This document shows positions 1 through 28,086 of a stretch of DNA of 64,000 nt, in pieces. The DNA lies in contig CM022677.1 of assembly GCA_012295275.1 (NCBI GenBank), positions 15,934,001-15,998,000 on the forward strand, given 5' to 3'. Position 1 is the stretch's first letter, and the number at the start of each line of letters is the position of its first letter. The position numbers and the translations under genes are program-made. The DNA is from Chrysomallon squamiferum (Eukaryota; Animalia; Mollusca). The notes beneath the pieces were generated by a model. It had not been told where the DNA came from, ran no database searches, and worked only from the letters and a program-made list of their open reading frames with translations.

Positions 1-72
<72 letters not shown>

Positions 73-543
73 ACGGAGAAGAAAGACTATCTGTAACAAA
101 CTGTAAATGGAGTTCCATGATGATTTTCAGCACCGCTAAATAGCAAGATTAATTAACTTATTCTTGTGACAGATGTTTGCATAATATAACATTTATATTA
201 AATATTATTTTAGTCGGAATAATTTTAATTTGAAGAAAACTGATACTTTAAAACAATAGAAATAAAGTTTTTGTTTCATTAAATAAATTATATTTAAGCA
301 AGCTTCATTGAAATTTATATATATATATATATATATTTTTTTTTTTTTTGAATTATTATTATTTTATTTTTTTATTTTATTTTTTTTTTTATTTTATTAT
401 TATTATTATTTTTATAATAATTATATTCTGGGATAAACTAAGTTGACAACAGTGTAAAACATTAAACTAACGGACATTAATTCCTATTGATTCTCTGCTC
501 AGAGAGAAACTAAGAAGAAAAAAAAAAAAAAAAATAAATAAAA

Positions 544-585
<42 letters not shown>

Positions 586-1363
586 CACAAAACAAACAAA
601 GCAAAGAAGAACAACAAAAGAAACAAATTGAAGACAACAACGTCTTATATCTGTAATAACCTTTGTTTAGAAGAGCACCAGCTAACCTGTATTTCTGGGG
701 CCGTGAAGACTGAGCAATTATGGGGTAACTACTCTTATCATTTCATATTGCAGTTCCATGAGAGCATTTAAAAATTTAGACAATTCTGAGGTTTTGATTA
801 AAATTTGGGTGAAAAATGGAGCAAAGTCGCTTATGGGACTCGTCTGGGATTTGGGGCCTGGAAACGTAAGTTTCATTAGTTTCATAATAGATATGTCCCT
901 GACTCCTGGTTCTCGTGGTTATTTGTTTCTGTCAAGAAAGAACCAGTGTCTGTTCCTGTATTTGTTACAGTTCCGAAAGTAAAGACGTCGGTTAGTTCTT
1001 AGTATTGCTATTGTATGATGCTTTATGAACTTTCATATTATTTGACAGTTTATTTACTTTTCATCTGTCATACTGAAGTTTAAAAGAAATAAACATCTAC
1101 ATTTAAGAAAGAAGTATACAAAAAAAGTAAAAAGAAAAAGAAAAAAGAAACGGACTCTTTTCGTACTTTAAGCTTAAAATACACAATGCACTGAAAATAA
1201 TTATTGGAACACGAAATATGATGGTACATTTTTTCTTTGTTTCTTTAATCATTTTTCTTTCTTTCTTTCTTTCTTCTTCTTCTTCTTCTTCTTAGTAGTA
1301 GTAGTAGTAGTAGTAGTAGTAATATATCCAGTAAGAGGTCAAGTTTTTGTTCTCCGCACAACG

Positions 1364-1403
<40 letters not shown>

Positions 1404-1431
1404 GAATATTGTTTAATAATTTACTTGACAG

Positions 1432-1492
<61 letters not shown>

Positions 1493-1748
1493 TACAGCAA
1501 CGCACAATTTTAGTGTGTAAGTCAAGAAATTGACACGATAAAACATTTTACTGAATGCAATAAACGTATGGTCCAAAAAATAAAATAAAATAAAAGAAAA
1601 GAAAAGAAAATGTAAAAATAAAATTCCATATTAATATATCTTCTAATATGAAAATTGTTAGTGCTACTACTACTACTACAACTACTATTACAACCACAAC
1701 CACTACAATGTACAGTACCACCATTATTATGATTACTACCAGTACTAC

Positions 1749-1788
<40 letters not shown>

Positions 1789-1860
1789 TATTATTGTTTA
1801 TTTATTTATTTTATTTTCAATTTATTTATTTATTATTATTGTTATTATTATTATTATTAT

Positions 1861-1907
<47 letters not shown>

Positions 1908-3533
1908 TTACTTAATTATAACCATAGCAATAATCATGTTGTGCTCGTAATCTTATGGTGGAAGTTACTTTGGAGGTTTCGTATCAATATCCGGTAAGAA
2001 AAGCAGACGACAGTTTTAACGTTTTATAAACGTATATTCTTACTACATCTGTTTGATTTGTATCCTCATGTAAGTAACATTGCATATTTTGAACATGCAT
2101 GCTTATTTATTTTCGTGCAGATTGTTCGAAAGATAAGCTTTATATATTTCAAAAATATTTATTAATAATTGAACGTTCGAGATTATAATAGATTTTGGTT
2201 GATTTCTTTCTTGCTGTCTTTCTTCCTTTTTAAATTGAATTCTTTTAAAATAAATAAATAAATAAATATAAAGTCAAACTTAACAATAAATCTATTTACG
2301 TAGTAATAATTTAGAAGTTTCGCAAAGCAAATATCAGAATTTATTCAATACATTTCTAGTCATGAAATAATGGTTTGAAACAATGTCGATTTTTTAAATT
2401 TTGTAGGCGGTATTCTTCAAAATCGTTACATGCAGGCAATAATGTCCACTAATATATGGACAATCGTAATAATAAACATCTCACTATAAGTACTTGGTGC
2501 AAAGTTTAAATGGTACAAAATATATCTTTTGTGATTTTCCACTGGTGTTAGAGATATTTAATATCACCAAAGGCATCATTCACAGTGTTTATTTTCACAA
2601 AATTGGCCATATCTTTTGTCACAAACAGTCATACTGATTAACATTGGGCATTTTTTTTTATTGTTCTCCTCAGTGGTATATCACAAACTTACATTATCTT
2701 TACAAAACACATTTATCAGCACACCACAGTTGTCATATAATTGTGATGGACATTTTTTTAGTTTTTCAGGTTATCTTTATTATGTTTATTTCAAATACAT
2801 GGCTCATGTATTGATTATTTATATGTTTATGCAACTCTTAAGTTTTTCCTTTCTTAAGTAATCCCTGATTATTACCTTTGAATTGACTTAATTTTGCAGT
2901 ATGATTTTAGTCTAAAGATCACAGAGCCCTTATAAACAAAATAATACACAACCAGAAATAAACTAAAAACTAATAAGTAAAAAAATAAAAAATAAAGAAA
3001 TAAAACCCAATGGAATCAACAAACAAAACTGTAATTCACATTTTATTAGTCTTTGTACTAGTATGATTATACCATTATTATTGTGTTTATAAAGATGAAA
3101 AATAATAATAATACTAATTTAGAAAATATACATAAATACAATAAAATAAATAAATAACAGTAACAAAACAATTTGATAATGATTAAAATAAATAAAAAAT
3201 AAATAAAAATTAAGATTCACAGATTATAAACACAGAGTCAAATTATCCAAGTGATACTTAAGAAATTTGTATAATAAATTTATAGCTGAAATTCTAATGT
3301 TCATACACAATCATCACACCTAGTTTCAAATGAAACCTTTAAAGAAATAAATATTCAGAAAATCTGTATAGCTTGGGTATTAAGCTAGGCATTGGTAATA
3401 TTAAAAATGTGATATCATTAATTAACTACTTCAATTAAAAAAAAGGTTTATACAAAATTTAATTATATTACTTGTTTGATCTATAATCTGCATTATATTT
3501 GATAAATAAGTTTCACTTTATGCTTTATATAGA

Positions 3534-16809
<13,276 letters not shown>

Positions 16810-17512
16810 CGTTTCCAAGGTATATTAAAATCAATGATAGTGATAGCTTCAATAGATGCAACATTAATATCTATTTATTTTATGCAAATATAAGCAAAGG
16901 CATTCAAATGGGTAACTACCAAAACTACATTTGAACATTACTACTACTGCTACTAGTACAATTATTACAACCACTAACACTAACACTACCAATACTGCTT
17001 CTACTGCTGCTGCTGCTGTTGCTACTGCTACTACTACTACTACTATCAACAACAGCAATAAAATAATACTGTATGACTGATTAGGGATACACAAAGACAG
17101 TACACATGTCAAAATATTAAAATGAAAAACATGGTATTCAATTTGATATTATAGTATTCAGTAGTATAACTAAAACCAAAGGTGTATTATTATACACCGA
17201 AGAAAACTGCTGCGTGATTTTGCAGAATATTTGATACCGAGGTGTTGGTTATTTGTGTTCTTAAAATTCAATCTCTGGTAAAAGTCAACTTGTGAATGTT
17301 AGATGGTCAAAATCAGTATTTGGAAACGTGTTTAACGACGATAGTAAATTAACGGCCTTAGTAAGTTGACATGTACACGAAAGTAAAACGAACAACAAAT
17401 TAACTAAAAAGAAACTAGTACTACTACTAATAATAATAATAAAAAAAACAAAACGAAATAATTAAAAAAAAAAAATTAAAAATTAAAAATAAAATAAAAA
17501 AATAAAAATTAC

Positions 17513-17760
17513 CTTCGTTGCATAAGAAACGATCTAAGCGCGGACCTTAAAGTCGAAACGTGTTTCTGTTTATCGTCACCTGTTCTTTTTGGGGGTTTTT
17601 TCTAGAAATAAAACTGTATATATCGGGCTTCTGTGTGAGGAAACATAAATTTTGAACTGTCTCCTCGATCAAGCTCGGTTTTCCGCGAATGACGCAAAAA
17701 CACACGAAACTCATGGGAAACAAGACGACATTGCTTTTTAACCTCGACTTTTCTTCATTT
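17513..17760 (-). promoter_or_regulatory. Candidate non-coding first exon and promoter of the M13 gene
   Basis: Locally CpG-enriched patch ending in a minus-strand donor GAAG|GTAATT at 17513, with an acceptor at ~16871 just 5' of the ATG. TSS not determinable. Confidence 0.35.
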
Positions 17761-18069
17761 CAAATACTGTACTCATAAAGAATGTAGTTTAGCCTTGAAT
17801 ATTAAACATTACATTGTACCGTAAGAAATTTAATCGTCTACTTTGAACAATAAATCATGACACGGAGCGTTATGTAAATGTCTTGTTGTTAAAAACGGTG
17901 CATTTCAAGTTCAACCAGTCAGTAAATTAAGTAACGAAATTAATTTAGAGAAAAACTGTTTTAGAATATATTTCTTCTTAATAGCAGCATGTCTAGTTCG
18001 TGATTGGGAATGTGCGACATAACAAAAAAAATATAATAATAGTAATAATATATGAGAGTGAGAAAAAAC

Positions 18070-18106
<37 letters not shown>

Positions 18107-18378
18107 TAATAAAATGATAAAAAAAAAAAAAAAAATGGCAGTGAGTTGATTCAGTTTTAAACTTTGCTCTTGCTCTTTTTCCTATAATAACGTTTTAATT
18201 CCGTTATTGCAAAAACTTTACTTTTGTGTGTGTGTGTGTGTTTGAGAGATGAAACTGATATTTTGTTAACCCTCTTCAAAGTATACACATGAGAAAAATG
18301 CATAATAATAATAGTTGTAGTAGTAGTAACAGCAGTAACACTAATAGTATTATTAGTAGTAATGGTAATATTATTAGG

Positions 18379-18426
<48 letters not shown>

Positions 18427-18627
18427 AACAATTAAGAGAAGCAATCATGACCGTAATAATATTAAAACCAAAAGTGATGATGATGATGAACGTTAAAAGC
18501 CACAATGCGACAGTTGAAGACAACCACATGAATAGCTAATTATACGACTACTAGTAATAATAATAAAATAATTATTAAAATCAATGATAACTGTAATAAT
18601 AGTGATACTAATATTGATTGTAAATAG

Positions 18628-18670
<43 letters not shown>

Positions 18671-19524
18671 TTTTACAATCAGGTTTCGAAAATAACAAAT
18701 GGGTTTTGTTTTTGATTTTTGTTTATAATGTGCCTTGATATTAAGTTTTCTTTGAACCAGTTACCCTTCTTTCTTTCTACCATGTTGTAAAAATGATGGC
18801 CATTTCACTGATTAGGTGGGATAGTATCAATACAATACGTTTTCATCTTGCTAATGTAAGCTTGATGTGGATTTGTTTAAATGTACTCAGTCACGTAGTA
18901 TATGTCATGATGACAGTTATAGGTGTGTGTGTGTTTGTTGTGTGTCTGTGTATGTGTGTCCATATGCGCAGTGAAGAAAATGGAATTTATACAAGAGGAT
19001 GACATTCCCTTGCTTTGTATTTTCCAGTTGCTCTGCTTGCACTGAGTTAGAGATGTTAATTCCTTTATTTTTAGGGTCTCTAGCAATTCACTTTTTTATT
19101 TTCTATAATTATATTTGTATATTTTAATTATTACTTAATTATTTTATTTTTATTTTCTGCCCTACTGAGATTAATAAATAGCATTTTCAGTTTTCCAGAA
19201 ATCCCAAAACACTAAAGAATCGTGGATAAATTGTAACGTCTACACCCCACAACCATATCAGCTTGTGTGCACCCCTGTAGTGTTTAAAACCTATTTCCAG
19301 CACCGTTATCGTGTATGTTTTAGGAGAGGTGTCCATTCTGAAGGTTTCATGAAGTGCTGTATTCAAGATTTGTTTTCTTATTCAGTTACAATGTCAAATT
19401 TCTTTTTGTTAATTAATCATTTGTTTTAATCTGGGGTTTTTTATTATTATTTTATTATTATTATTATTTTTTTTTTTTTTTTTATTTATCTTTTTTTTTA
19501 ATGGAAGTGTGAATTTGTTTTGAG

Positions 19525-22500
19525 ATGGCTCCAAAGAAAAAAGAGAAAAATTCTGTTCATTCAAAAACCTGGGATTCATCGCCACTACCTGATTGGCAAT
19601 TTCAGGTATGATGGTTGTGAACTTGGAAATGGTCATGTCATTTTGATGTACTTGGAAAATGAACGTTCTCCTATTAGAACACATAGAAAGATGAAGGAGA
19701 AATTCGGTGAAGATTGCTATATTCATCCACATCATTTCTGCCACTTGATGAAACAATCATCTGAAAGATTCACTCGTGCACATTTCAACAGATCAGAATA
19801 GGCAAAATTTGAAGCAGCTTCCCTTGAGACATTTAAACTACGTCCAAAAATGTCATATCAGAAAGCACTGGATCAACAGAAATCAGCTACAGGCTCTCAG
19901 AACACTTTAGAACCTGATACCAGACTGCAGAACATTCAGATCAGAAAACACCAAAAACCAGCATTGAGAAGACTACAGTTCTAGATCGACAGTTACCAGA
20001 AACTAGCACTCAGAACACTACAGTTCTAGATCAACAAACACCAAAACCACCATTTAGAAGACTACAGTTCTGGATCAACAGTTACAAGAAACTAGCACTG
20101 AGAACACTACAGTTCTAGATCAACAAACACCAGAAACCAGTATTTAGAAGACTATAGTTCTAGATCAACAGACACCAAAAACCAACACTGAGAACACTAC
20201 AGTTCTAGATCAACAGACACCAGAAACTAGCACTGAGAACACTACAGTTCTAGATCAACAGACACCAGAAACCAGCACTGAGAACACTACAGTTCTAGAT
20301 CAACAGACACCAGAAACTCAACAGAAGCACCAGAAACCAGCACTGAGAACACTACAGTTCTAGATCAACAGACACAAGAAACCAGCACTGAGAACACAAC
20401 AGTTCTAGATCAACAGACACCAACAACTAGCACTGAGAACACTACAGTTCTAGATCAACAGACACCAGAAACCAGCACTGAGAACACTACAGTTCTAGAT
20501 CAACAGACACCAGAAAATAATCACTGAGAACACTACAGTTCTATATCAATAGACACCAACAACTAGCACTGAGAACACTACAGTTCTAGATCAACAGACA
20601 CCAGAAAACAGCACTGAGAACACTACAGTTCTAGATCAACAGACACCAAAAACCAGCACTGAGAACACTACAGTTCTAGATCAACAGACACCAGAAACCA
20701 GCACTGAGAACACTACAGTTCTAGATCAACAGACACCAGAAACCAGCACTGAGAACACTACAGTTCTAGATCAACAGACACAGAGAAACCAGCATTGAGA
20801 ACACTACCAGCACTGAGAACACTACAGTTCTAGATCAACAGACACCAGAAACCCAGCACTGAGGACACTACAGTTCTAGATCAACAGACACCAGAAACCA
20901 GCACTGAGAACACTACAGTTCTAGATCAACAGACACCAGAAACCAGCACTGAGAACACTACAGTTCTAGATCAACAGACACCAGAAAACAGCACTGAGAA
21001 CACTACAGTTCTAGATCAACAGACACCAGAAACCAGCACTGAGAACACTACAGTTCTAGATCAACAGACACCAGAAACCAGCACTGAGAACACTACAGTT
21101 CTAGATCAACAGACACCAGAACCCAGCACTGAGAACACTACAGTTCTAGATCAACAGACACCAGAAACCAGCACTGAGGAACACTACAGTTCTAGATCAA
21201 CAGACACCAGAAACCAGCACTGAGAACACTACAGTTCTAGATCAACAGACACCAGAAAAGCACTGAGAACACAGCACTGAGAACACTACAGTTCTAGATC
21301 AACAGACACCAGAAAACAGCACTGAGAACACTACAGTTCTAGATCAACAGACACCAGAAACCAGCACTGAGAACACTACAGTTCTAGATCAACAGACACC
21401 AGAAACCAGCACTGAGAACACTACAGTTCTAGATCAACAGACACCAGAACCCAGCACTGAGAACACTACAGTTCTAGATCAACAGACACCAGAAACTAGC
21501 ACTGAGAACACTACAGTTCTAGATCAACAGACACCAGAAAACAGCACTGAGAACACTACAGTTCTAGACCAACAGACATCAGAAACCAGCACTGAGAACA
21601 CTACAGTTGTAGATCAACAGACACCAAAACCCAGCACTGAGAACACTACAGTTCTAGATCAACAGACACCAGAAACCAGCACTGAGAAGAGTACAGTTCT
21701 AGATCAACAGTTAGCAGAAACCAGCACTGAGAAGAGTACAGTTCTAGATCAACAGTTAGCAGAAACTAGCACTGAAAAGACTACACTTCTAGATCAACAG
21801 ACACCAATAACCAGCACTGAGTACACTACTGTTCTAGATCAACAGACACCAGAAACCAACATTGAGAACACTGCAGTTGTAGATCAATAAACACCAGAAA
21901 CCAGCATTGAGAACACTGCAGTTGTAGATCAATAAACACCAGAAAACAGCATTGAGGACACTACAGTTGTAGATCAACAGACACCAGAAAACAGCACTGA
22001 GAACACTACAGTTGTAGATCAACAGACACCAAAACCCAGCACTGAGAACACTACAGTTCTAGATCAACAGACACCAAAAACCAGCACTGAGAAGAAACCA
22101 GTACAGTTCTAGATCAACAGTTAGCAGAAACCAGCACTGAGAAGAGTACAGTTCTAGATCAACAGTTAGCAGAAACTAGCACTGAAAAGACTACACTTCT
22201 AGATCAACAGACACCAATAACCAGCACTGAGTACACTACTGTTCTAGATCAACAGACACCAGAAACCAGCATTGAGAACACTGCAGTTGTAGATCAATAA
22301 ACACCAGAAACCAGCATTGAGAACACTGCAGTTGTAGATCAATAAACACCAGAAAACAGCATTGAGGACACTACAGTTGTAGATCAATAAACACAAGAAA
22401 ACAGCATTGACAACACTACTGTTGTAGATCAACAGACACCAGAAAACAGCACTGAGAACACTACAGTTGTAGATCTACAAACACCAGAAAACAGCACTGA

Positions 22501-23200
22501 GAACACTATAGTTGTAGATCTACAAACACCAGAAAACAGCACTGAGAACACTACAGTCCTAGATCAACAGACACCAGAAAACAGCACTGATAACACTACA
22601 GTTGTAGATCTACAAACACCAGAAAACAGCATTGAGGACACTACAGTCCTAGATCTACAAAAACCAGAAAACAGCATTGAGGACACTACAGTCCGAGATC
22701 AACAGACACCAGACAATGACACTCAGAACATTTATTTGAGACAATTCAGCATTAGGCAGCACAACTCAGTTATTAGTCAGTAAACGGAGTAGAAAGTTAA
22801 CACCAGAAATGCTGAAAATGAAAAAAACGTCTAAAGTTTCTGCCGAAAACAAAAACGGAAATGAAAAGAAAATACAAACTTGACCTGAGAAAATAAAGAC
22901 AACAACTAAGATTCCCAAAGCAAGTGATCAACCAGGCTGTAAAACGAAAAGACAGTATTATGAAAAAGGAAAATGAAAAAAATCCAAATGTTAAATGAGG
23001 AACTTGCCAACCATTCTGTGATGAAATAACTTATACAAATAAAGAATGAACTTAATAAGGAAGGAGAAAATCACAGGAAACTGCTGTTGAGGAACAAGAA
23101 AGGAACAAGAAGATGTGCGTCATTTGAAGTATTTGCTATATTGAAAAATAAGTTGAGGGGAAAAGATGAAACAGTAAAGATTTTGGAAAATGAGAAACAT
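19525..23200 (+). pseudogene. Decayed ORF of unknown family (possibly transposon-derived): basic N-terminus, 15-aa tandem repeat, basic coiled-coil-like tail
   Basis: ATG 19525 MAPKKKEKNSVHSKTWDSSPLPDWQFQV, frameshift, DGCELGNGHVILMYLENERSP...RSE*AKFEAASLETFKLRPKMSYQKALDQQ.., then the repeat array, then ..KRSRKLTPEMLKMKK/RLKFL..PKQVINQAVKRKDSIM../IQMLNEELAN..LKNKLRGKDETVKILENEK. Several stops and 1-nt indels. Confidence 0.55.
19938..22730. repeat. 45-bp minisatellite array, about 60 copies
   Basis: Consensus GAACACTACAGTTCTAGATCAACAGACACCAGAAACCAGCACTGA; homogeneous centre, diverged ends; 410-bp higher-order duplication starting at 21691 and 22101. Confidence 0.97.
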
Positions 23201-24399
23201 ATTGGCACAAAATGTTTGAAAGTTCACTCGAATTTTCTTTTGATCAAACCACTACAAATGGTGTAACAGATTAAAATTATTCTTATCAAACCACTAAAAC
23301 TGTGACAGATTAAAACTGTTCTTATCAAACATGCATGAAAGTCTTTGATAGATTTGTTAATCTTTTATGAACACAGCAATGCTCATTCAAAAAATAAATG
23401 ATTTGTTACATGCAATATGATGGATCAGATAAAATGTCAAAGTGAATTATGTAGTGTTACCAAACTGAAAACTGAACAATAAAAAAGAAAAATCATTCCA
23501 AATAAAAAAAAACAGGTACCTGACTGCCTTGTTCGTCATGTTCCCTAAGTTAAATGCCCATCTTTTGTTTTCAGTTCTCAATTTGCTAAGGGAAATAAAT
23601 TTCTGGAGTAGAGTGGTAATAATTATAATAGGAACATGCAGTTGGTTATTTTGCTGTTCAGGAGTTCAATGTGTTTGTAAATGATGAACTGGTTATTTAC
23701 AGTGCTAAGGTAGAATATTTCTGTGCTTCAAGGAAGACATATTAAGTTAAATATTGGTCTGTATGAAAATTATAACTTATAATGACAGGTCAGAAGACGA
23801 TTAAGAGTTGGACTAAGATTTTTTTGGAAATAATTATAATATTCTAGTCTGACCTATCTTGGTGTTTTGTGGCATTTTATATATTTGTATTTAGTTTTCA
23901 TTCATATCATTTGTCAATTTTATTGTTATTGTTAATCTTATGACTGTTTGGAATTTACTCACTTTAATGGATTTCTAAATTGCATAATTGATTTCAAAAT
24001 TGATCAGTTATATTAATTTTACTCCAGTATTAAAAATCCATTTTATAACTAAGGCAGAAATATCTTTGACTGTATGTGTATGTGTGAATATGCATATATG
24101 AATTTGTGTGCATGGTGTTCCAGAAAGAAAACAATCTGATATTATTTTTCATATATGTATTTTCTTTCTTAGGTGTTCATGAAGTGTACATACAAGTTTC
24201 ATCTGATACTATGATGGATGCTGAGAAACACTGTTCACTTTTGTAATAGACAAAAAACCTTGAACTAAACTTTGCAGCAAAAATTCATCATTTTCAAACA
24301 GGTATTTTACCAAAGAAGCCTTTCTGTGATTGCACACTACACCACTTTTGTTTTTTGTGTTTTTTTCCTACATGCAAGGCTCTTTGCACATGGCTGATG

Positions 24400-24900
24400 T
24401 TGCTCTGCTGAGGCTATAAACATTATATATTTTTATTAACATATCCACTTAAATGGAAATAGGCCTCCTTGCCAAAGAGAAGAGCATACGAGAAATGGAG
24501 GTTGATCTCAATTCTTTGTGCTGATTTTTCTGGCAAAGTTAACAGCACTGGTTCATACTTGGCTTGCCTTTGAGTCTGAGGAATTTGCAGTTTGTATGGA
24601 AAAAGTTTCAGATCACTATGAATGAATCAAATGACTGTTGTCTCAGACATCCTGGAAATCCCCATCATGATTGTTCCAGATGAGTCCTAACCTCATCAGC
24701 TCTTGCTTGTATTCTGTCAGTCAAACAGGTGCCAATGAGGATGTTGTTTTTGTTGTTAGTCACAGTCCTAGAGTCTCTGAACTTCTTAATAAGACTTATC
24801 AGGTTGTTACAGTATGGGATTTTTCATTCCTGGGAACTCACAATGAAATTTCCTTTGGATAAGAGCACTTGATTTTATATCAGATAAAGTTCAAGGATTT
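24400..24900 (-). mobile_element. Highly decayed Tc1/mariner-superfamily transposase fragment (N-terminal HTH region)
   Basis: Minus-strand peptide remnants QRKFHCEFPG.., KKFRDSRTV and SETTVI*FIHSDLKLFPYKLQI, resembling the QR.F..EF / KF.ETGSV / L..DL.L.PYK.Q pattern of these transposases. Element ends not identified. Confidence 0.55.
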
Positions 24901-26250
24901 CAGTCCACTCCTGATAACTGTTTCTTAGAATCCTGTCTTGATGTTTGATGAAGCTTCTATAAAGTAATCCGTGACACAACCTAAAAATGAACAAAAAATA
25001 TTAAACTAACTGTAAATAATTTTTTTTTTTTTTTAAATGTCATATTTTTATGCATGTATGTATGTGTTTGTGAAGTTGTCTATTTTTGTGTATATAATGT
25101 GTGTGTGTGTGTTTATATATGAAAGTATGTATGAGAGGCTGCATGTTCATATGCATATAATAAATATGGTGAGTTCAACTACAAAGGCAGTCAAAGCATG
25201 TTATTTCATTATATATATATATAACACACACACATAAACACACACACACCTATATATATGAATGAATGAATGAATGAATGTAGCTGTGTTATATTTTCTG
25301 TTTCTTTGATCAGACATTAACAGTTGAATGTGGAATCATTATTTACATCTACGAAATGATGCATACTCGTAGATTAATCATTATTTCAAACAACCAGTAG
25401 TGACATTTAAGAAATAAACAATAGTTTAAATGTGCTTGGGACGTAATTGTCTCCTATTTTTGTAACTTAGTACTTTTTTTTATTAATTGTGATATGAAGG
25501 GACAGATGAAGACATTAAAACTTTTATTCCTTATTTACTTTTTAATTTAAAACTTTTAATGACTTTTGTTAATTGATTTTTGTTTAATAATATTGTAAGT
25601 ATGTTAAATATTATTTTTTAGACATGAACTTGTGGTTGTGTGTACAACAACAAAAATTGAAAAGATTCATTTGTTATTATAGTTTGAAGATCCTGTATAA
25701 TTATAAAATTCTGAAAATGTTTTTAGTTTTATATATGTATGTGTGTGTGTATATATTTATATGTCAGTTTTTTTCTTATGACTAGCTGATATAATGGTAT
25801 ATTATAAGTTTTTGATAATTACTGTGATTAAATGTAAAAAACAAATTTTATTTCAAGCAAACAAATTATTTTAAAATACTGTATAAAACTCTCTGCAGTC
25901 TATCTGTATAAGATTTATATGAAATATAAACGGCTTTCATATTTATACATCTGTGTCCTCAGGAAGTTTTTATTAGCAATTTTTTATTATTATTATTATT
26001 TTTATTTCATTTGATTTATATATTATTTTAATATTGCTATTTTTTTATTTGTTTGTTTGTTGTTGTGTTGTTTTTTTTGGGTGGGTTGGGTTTTTTTTGG
26101 GAGAAGCTAGTATAGAGATATCTTGATTGCTTACCTTTGGTTTGCAGGGCATATATGATGAGTGACACCTGTAAATGGAGATTTTACACCTGTACAGGTG
26201 TACTGAGTAAATGTTAAATAAAATTATGTTTTTTATTATAATTTTACATT

Positions 26251-26281
<31 letters not shown>

Positions 26282-28042
26282 TGTCCATTTAATTTTCATA
26301 TATATTATACATGGTAGTCTATATTTTAAATGAATATGTGCCTTTTAAATAAAAATGTTTCAGTTTCTTTTCTTATTTTAATTTTCACCCTCTGTATGAG
26401 ACACAGTGTTCTCTGTAGGGTTTTAAGAATTTTAAGTTTTTTAATTTGTACCTTTTATTTTTAAATAAAATTTATGTTCCCTTATATTTCTTCATTTAAT
26501 TTTTGCTTAGGATGCTATGCATAGTATTCTGTGCAAGTATTTTAAGAATTTAAAGTGTTTTAATTTGTACCCGTTACTTTTAAAAATGATTTATATTCCT
26601 CACTTAATTTTCAGCCTGCATATTATGAGTGGCATTCTGTACTGGTGTTTTGAGAAATGATCTGTGTTAATTAATTTATTAATTTAATAAATAAAAACTA
26701 TTTTCTTAACTTTTCATAGTTTTTAATTTCACATGGTGTTCTGTACATGTATTTCGGGAATTCTAAGTGTATTAATTTATACCAGTATCTTTTAAATAAA
26801 AATTACCCACTTTACTTTTTTTCCTATATAAGAGGCAGAGATATTTTTAAAATTTTAAACTGATTAATAATGATCAAGCATAGCCTGTTTTAGAAATGTA
26901 TCGGTATATAAAGACCTGTTATATTTAGTTTTGTTCTTTACTTTTCATTGATTATTTTCTGTTTCAAGTTTATATTGGCCTGTGTCCATAAATCTGGACC
27001 ATTTCCTTTCCCAGGCTAGCTTCATAAATGATTAACTATTAAAAAAAAATTGTCATTTTTACCACAAACCAGTTATTTCTAAATGTGTTAGAGACAATTC
27101 TATCAGATATAGCAATATGATTACATTTTTCTTACAAACAATTTAAAAAAAAAAAAGAAAAATAGAATCAATCTGAAAACCTCTGATGACCAGTAATAAA
27201 AATGGCAGAGTGTAATTATATTTAATGGGGGGAAAAAAAGAAAATTATTCTTTTCTCCTTGAACTTTCCAGGCAGAAGTAAAAAACAGTAAGCTTCTGCC
27301 AAAGTTGTTTCTATAATTGAATGACATCTCTATCATATACTGAATAAAATAATGTGATAAGTAATACTTACAGATGAAAAAAGATAAATTTGTTAGAGTT
27401 TGTTTATGTGCGTGTTTTGGTTTTCTGTTTTTTTTATAATTAGTTATTTAAGATACAGAAATATATTGTACGGCAATATTTTACTAATTCATTTATTTAT
27501 TTTATTTTTGATATTATTATTTCCTTTTTTCTTTCTTTCTTATTTCCCACCCCCCCGGTTTTTGTTGACCTAGTTCGCTAATTATAAAAATAATAATAAG
27601 AAAAAATATATTGTTTTTCTCATTCAATTCTGCATTATGATTTCAGAGTTATTTCCCTTCAGTTTTACACTTCGCCATTTTTACATCGAGAAGTAGTTTA
27701 TTCAGCACTTTTATGACTTTCATGTCTGCTGCAAGTGTAAGTTACGTGTTTTAATTAATAATGTTCGATTTTGTTGCCATAAATGCCATTATTTACATTT
27801 ACTGAAAATTAAATCTCTGAGACCTTCCGTCTAATTTTAGGTTTATTTTATTATTTGTTTGTTGTTTCTTTCTTTTACTTTATGTGTTTTGTTTGTTTTG
27901 TTGTTGGTTGTTTTTGTTTCATGAGTATTTACGTTTATTGTTCACCAGAAATCACGACATACTTTAATAATGATGCTTATATCGACTTGTGAATGATTTT
28001 AAACTAGCGATATATTGGAAATCAACCACGCCGCATAATTAC

Positions 28043-28086
<44 letters not shown>

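Noticed and set aside
754-982. 74-aa ORF or a possible plus-strand exon (ttgcag at 753, GTAAGT at 866)
   Set aside because: No recognisable protein or partner exons; GGGGCC..AAGTTTCATTAGTTTCAT..CCCTG looks more like the end of a decayed non-autonomous DNA element. Unresolved.
1648-1997. Poly-T/I/L/V/Y ORFs here and at many other sites (e.g. 11583, 33048, 37646, 38178, 54130)
   Set aside because: Translations of tri-, di- and tetranucleotide microsatellites.
21834-22432. Minus-strand Cys/Trp-rich ORFs (LLIYNCSVLNAVFWC repeats)
   Set aside because: Antisense read-through of the satellite where TAG happens to be mutated; non-ATG starts.
19938-22730. 45-bp array as a CRISPR array
   Set aside because: Units are head-to-tail with no unique spacers, there are no cas genes, and the context is eukaryotic.
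19938-22730. Array as a poly-selenocysteine ORF (one frame has TGA in nearly every unit, and SBP2 is nearby)
   Set aside because: The flanking coding remnant uses the stop-free register, indels break the TGA frame, no SECIS was recognised, and proximity to SBP2 has no mechanistic meaning.
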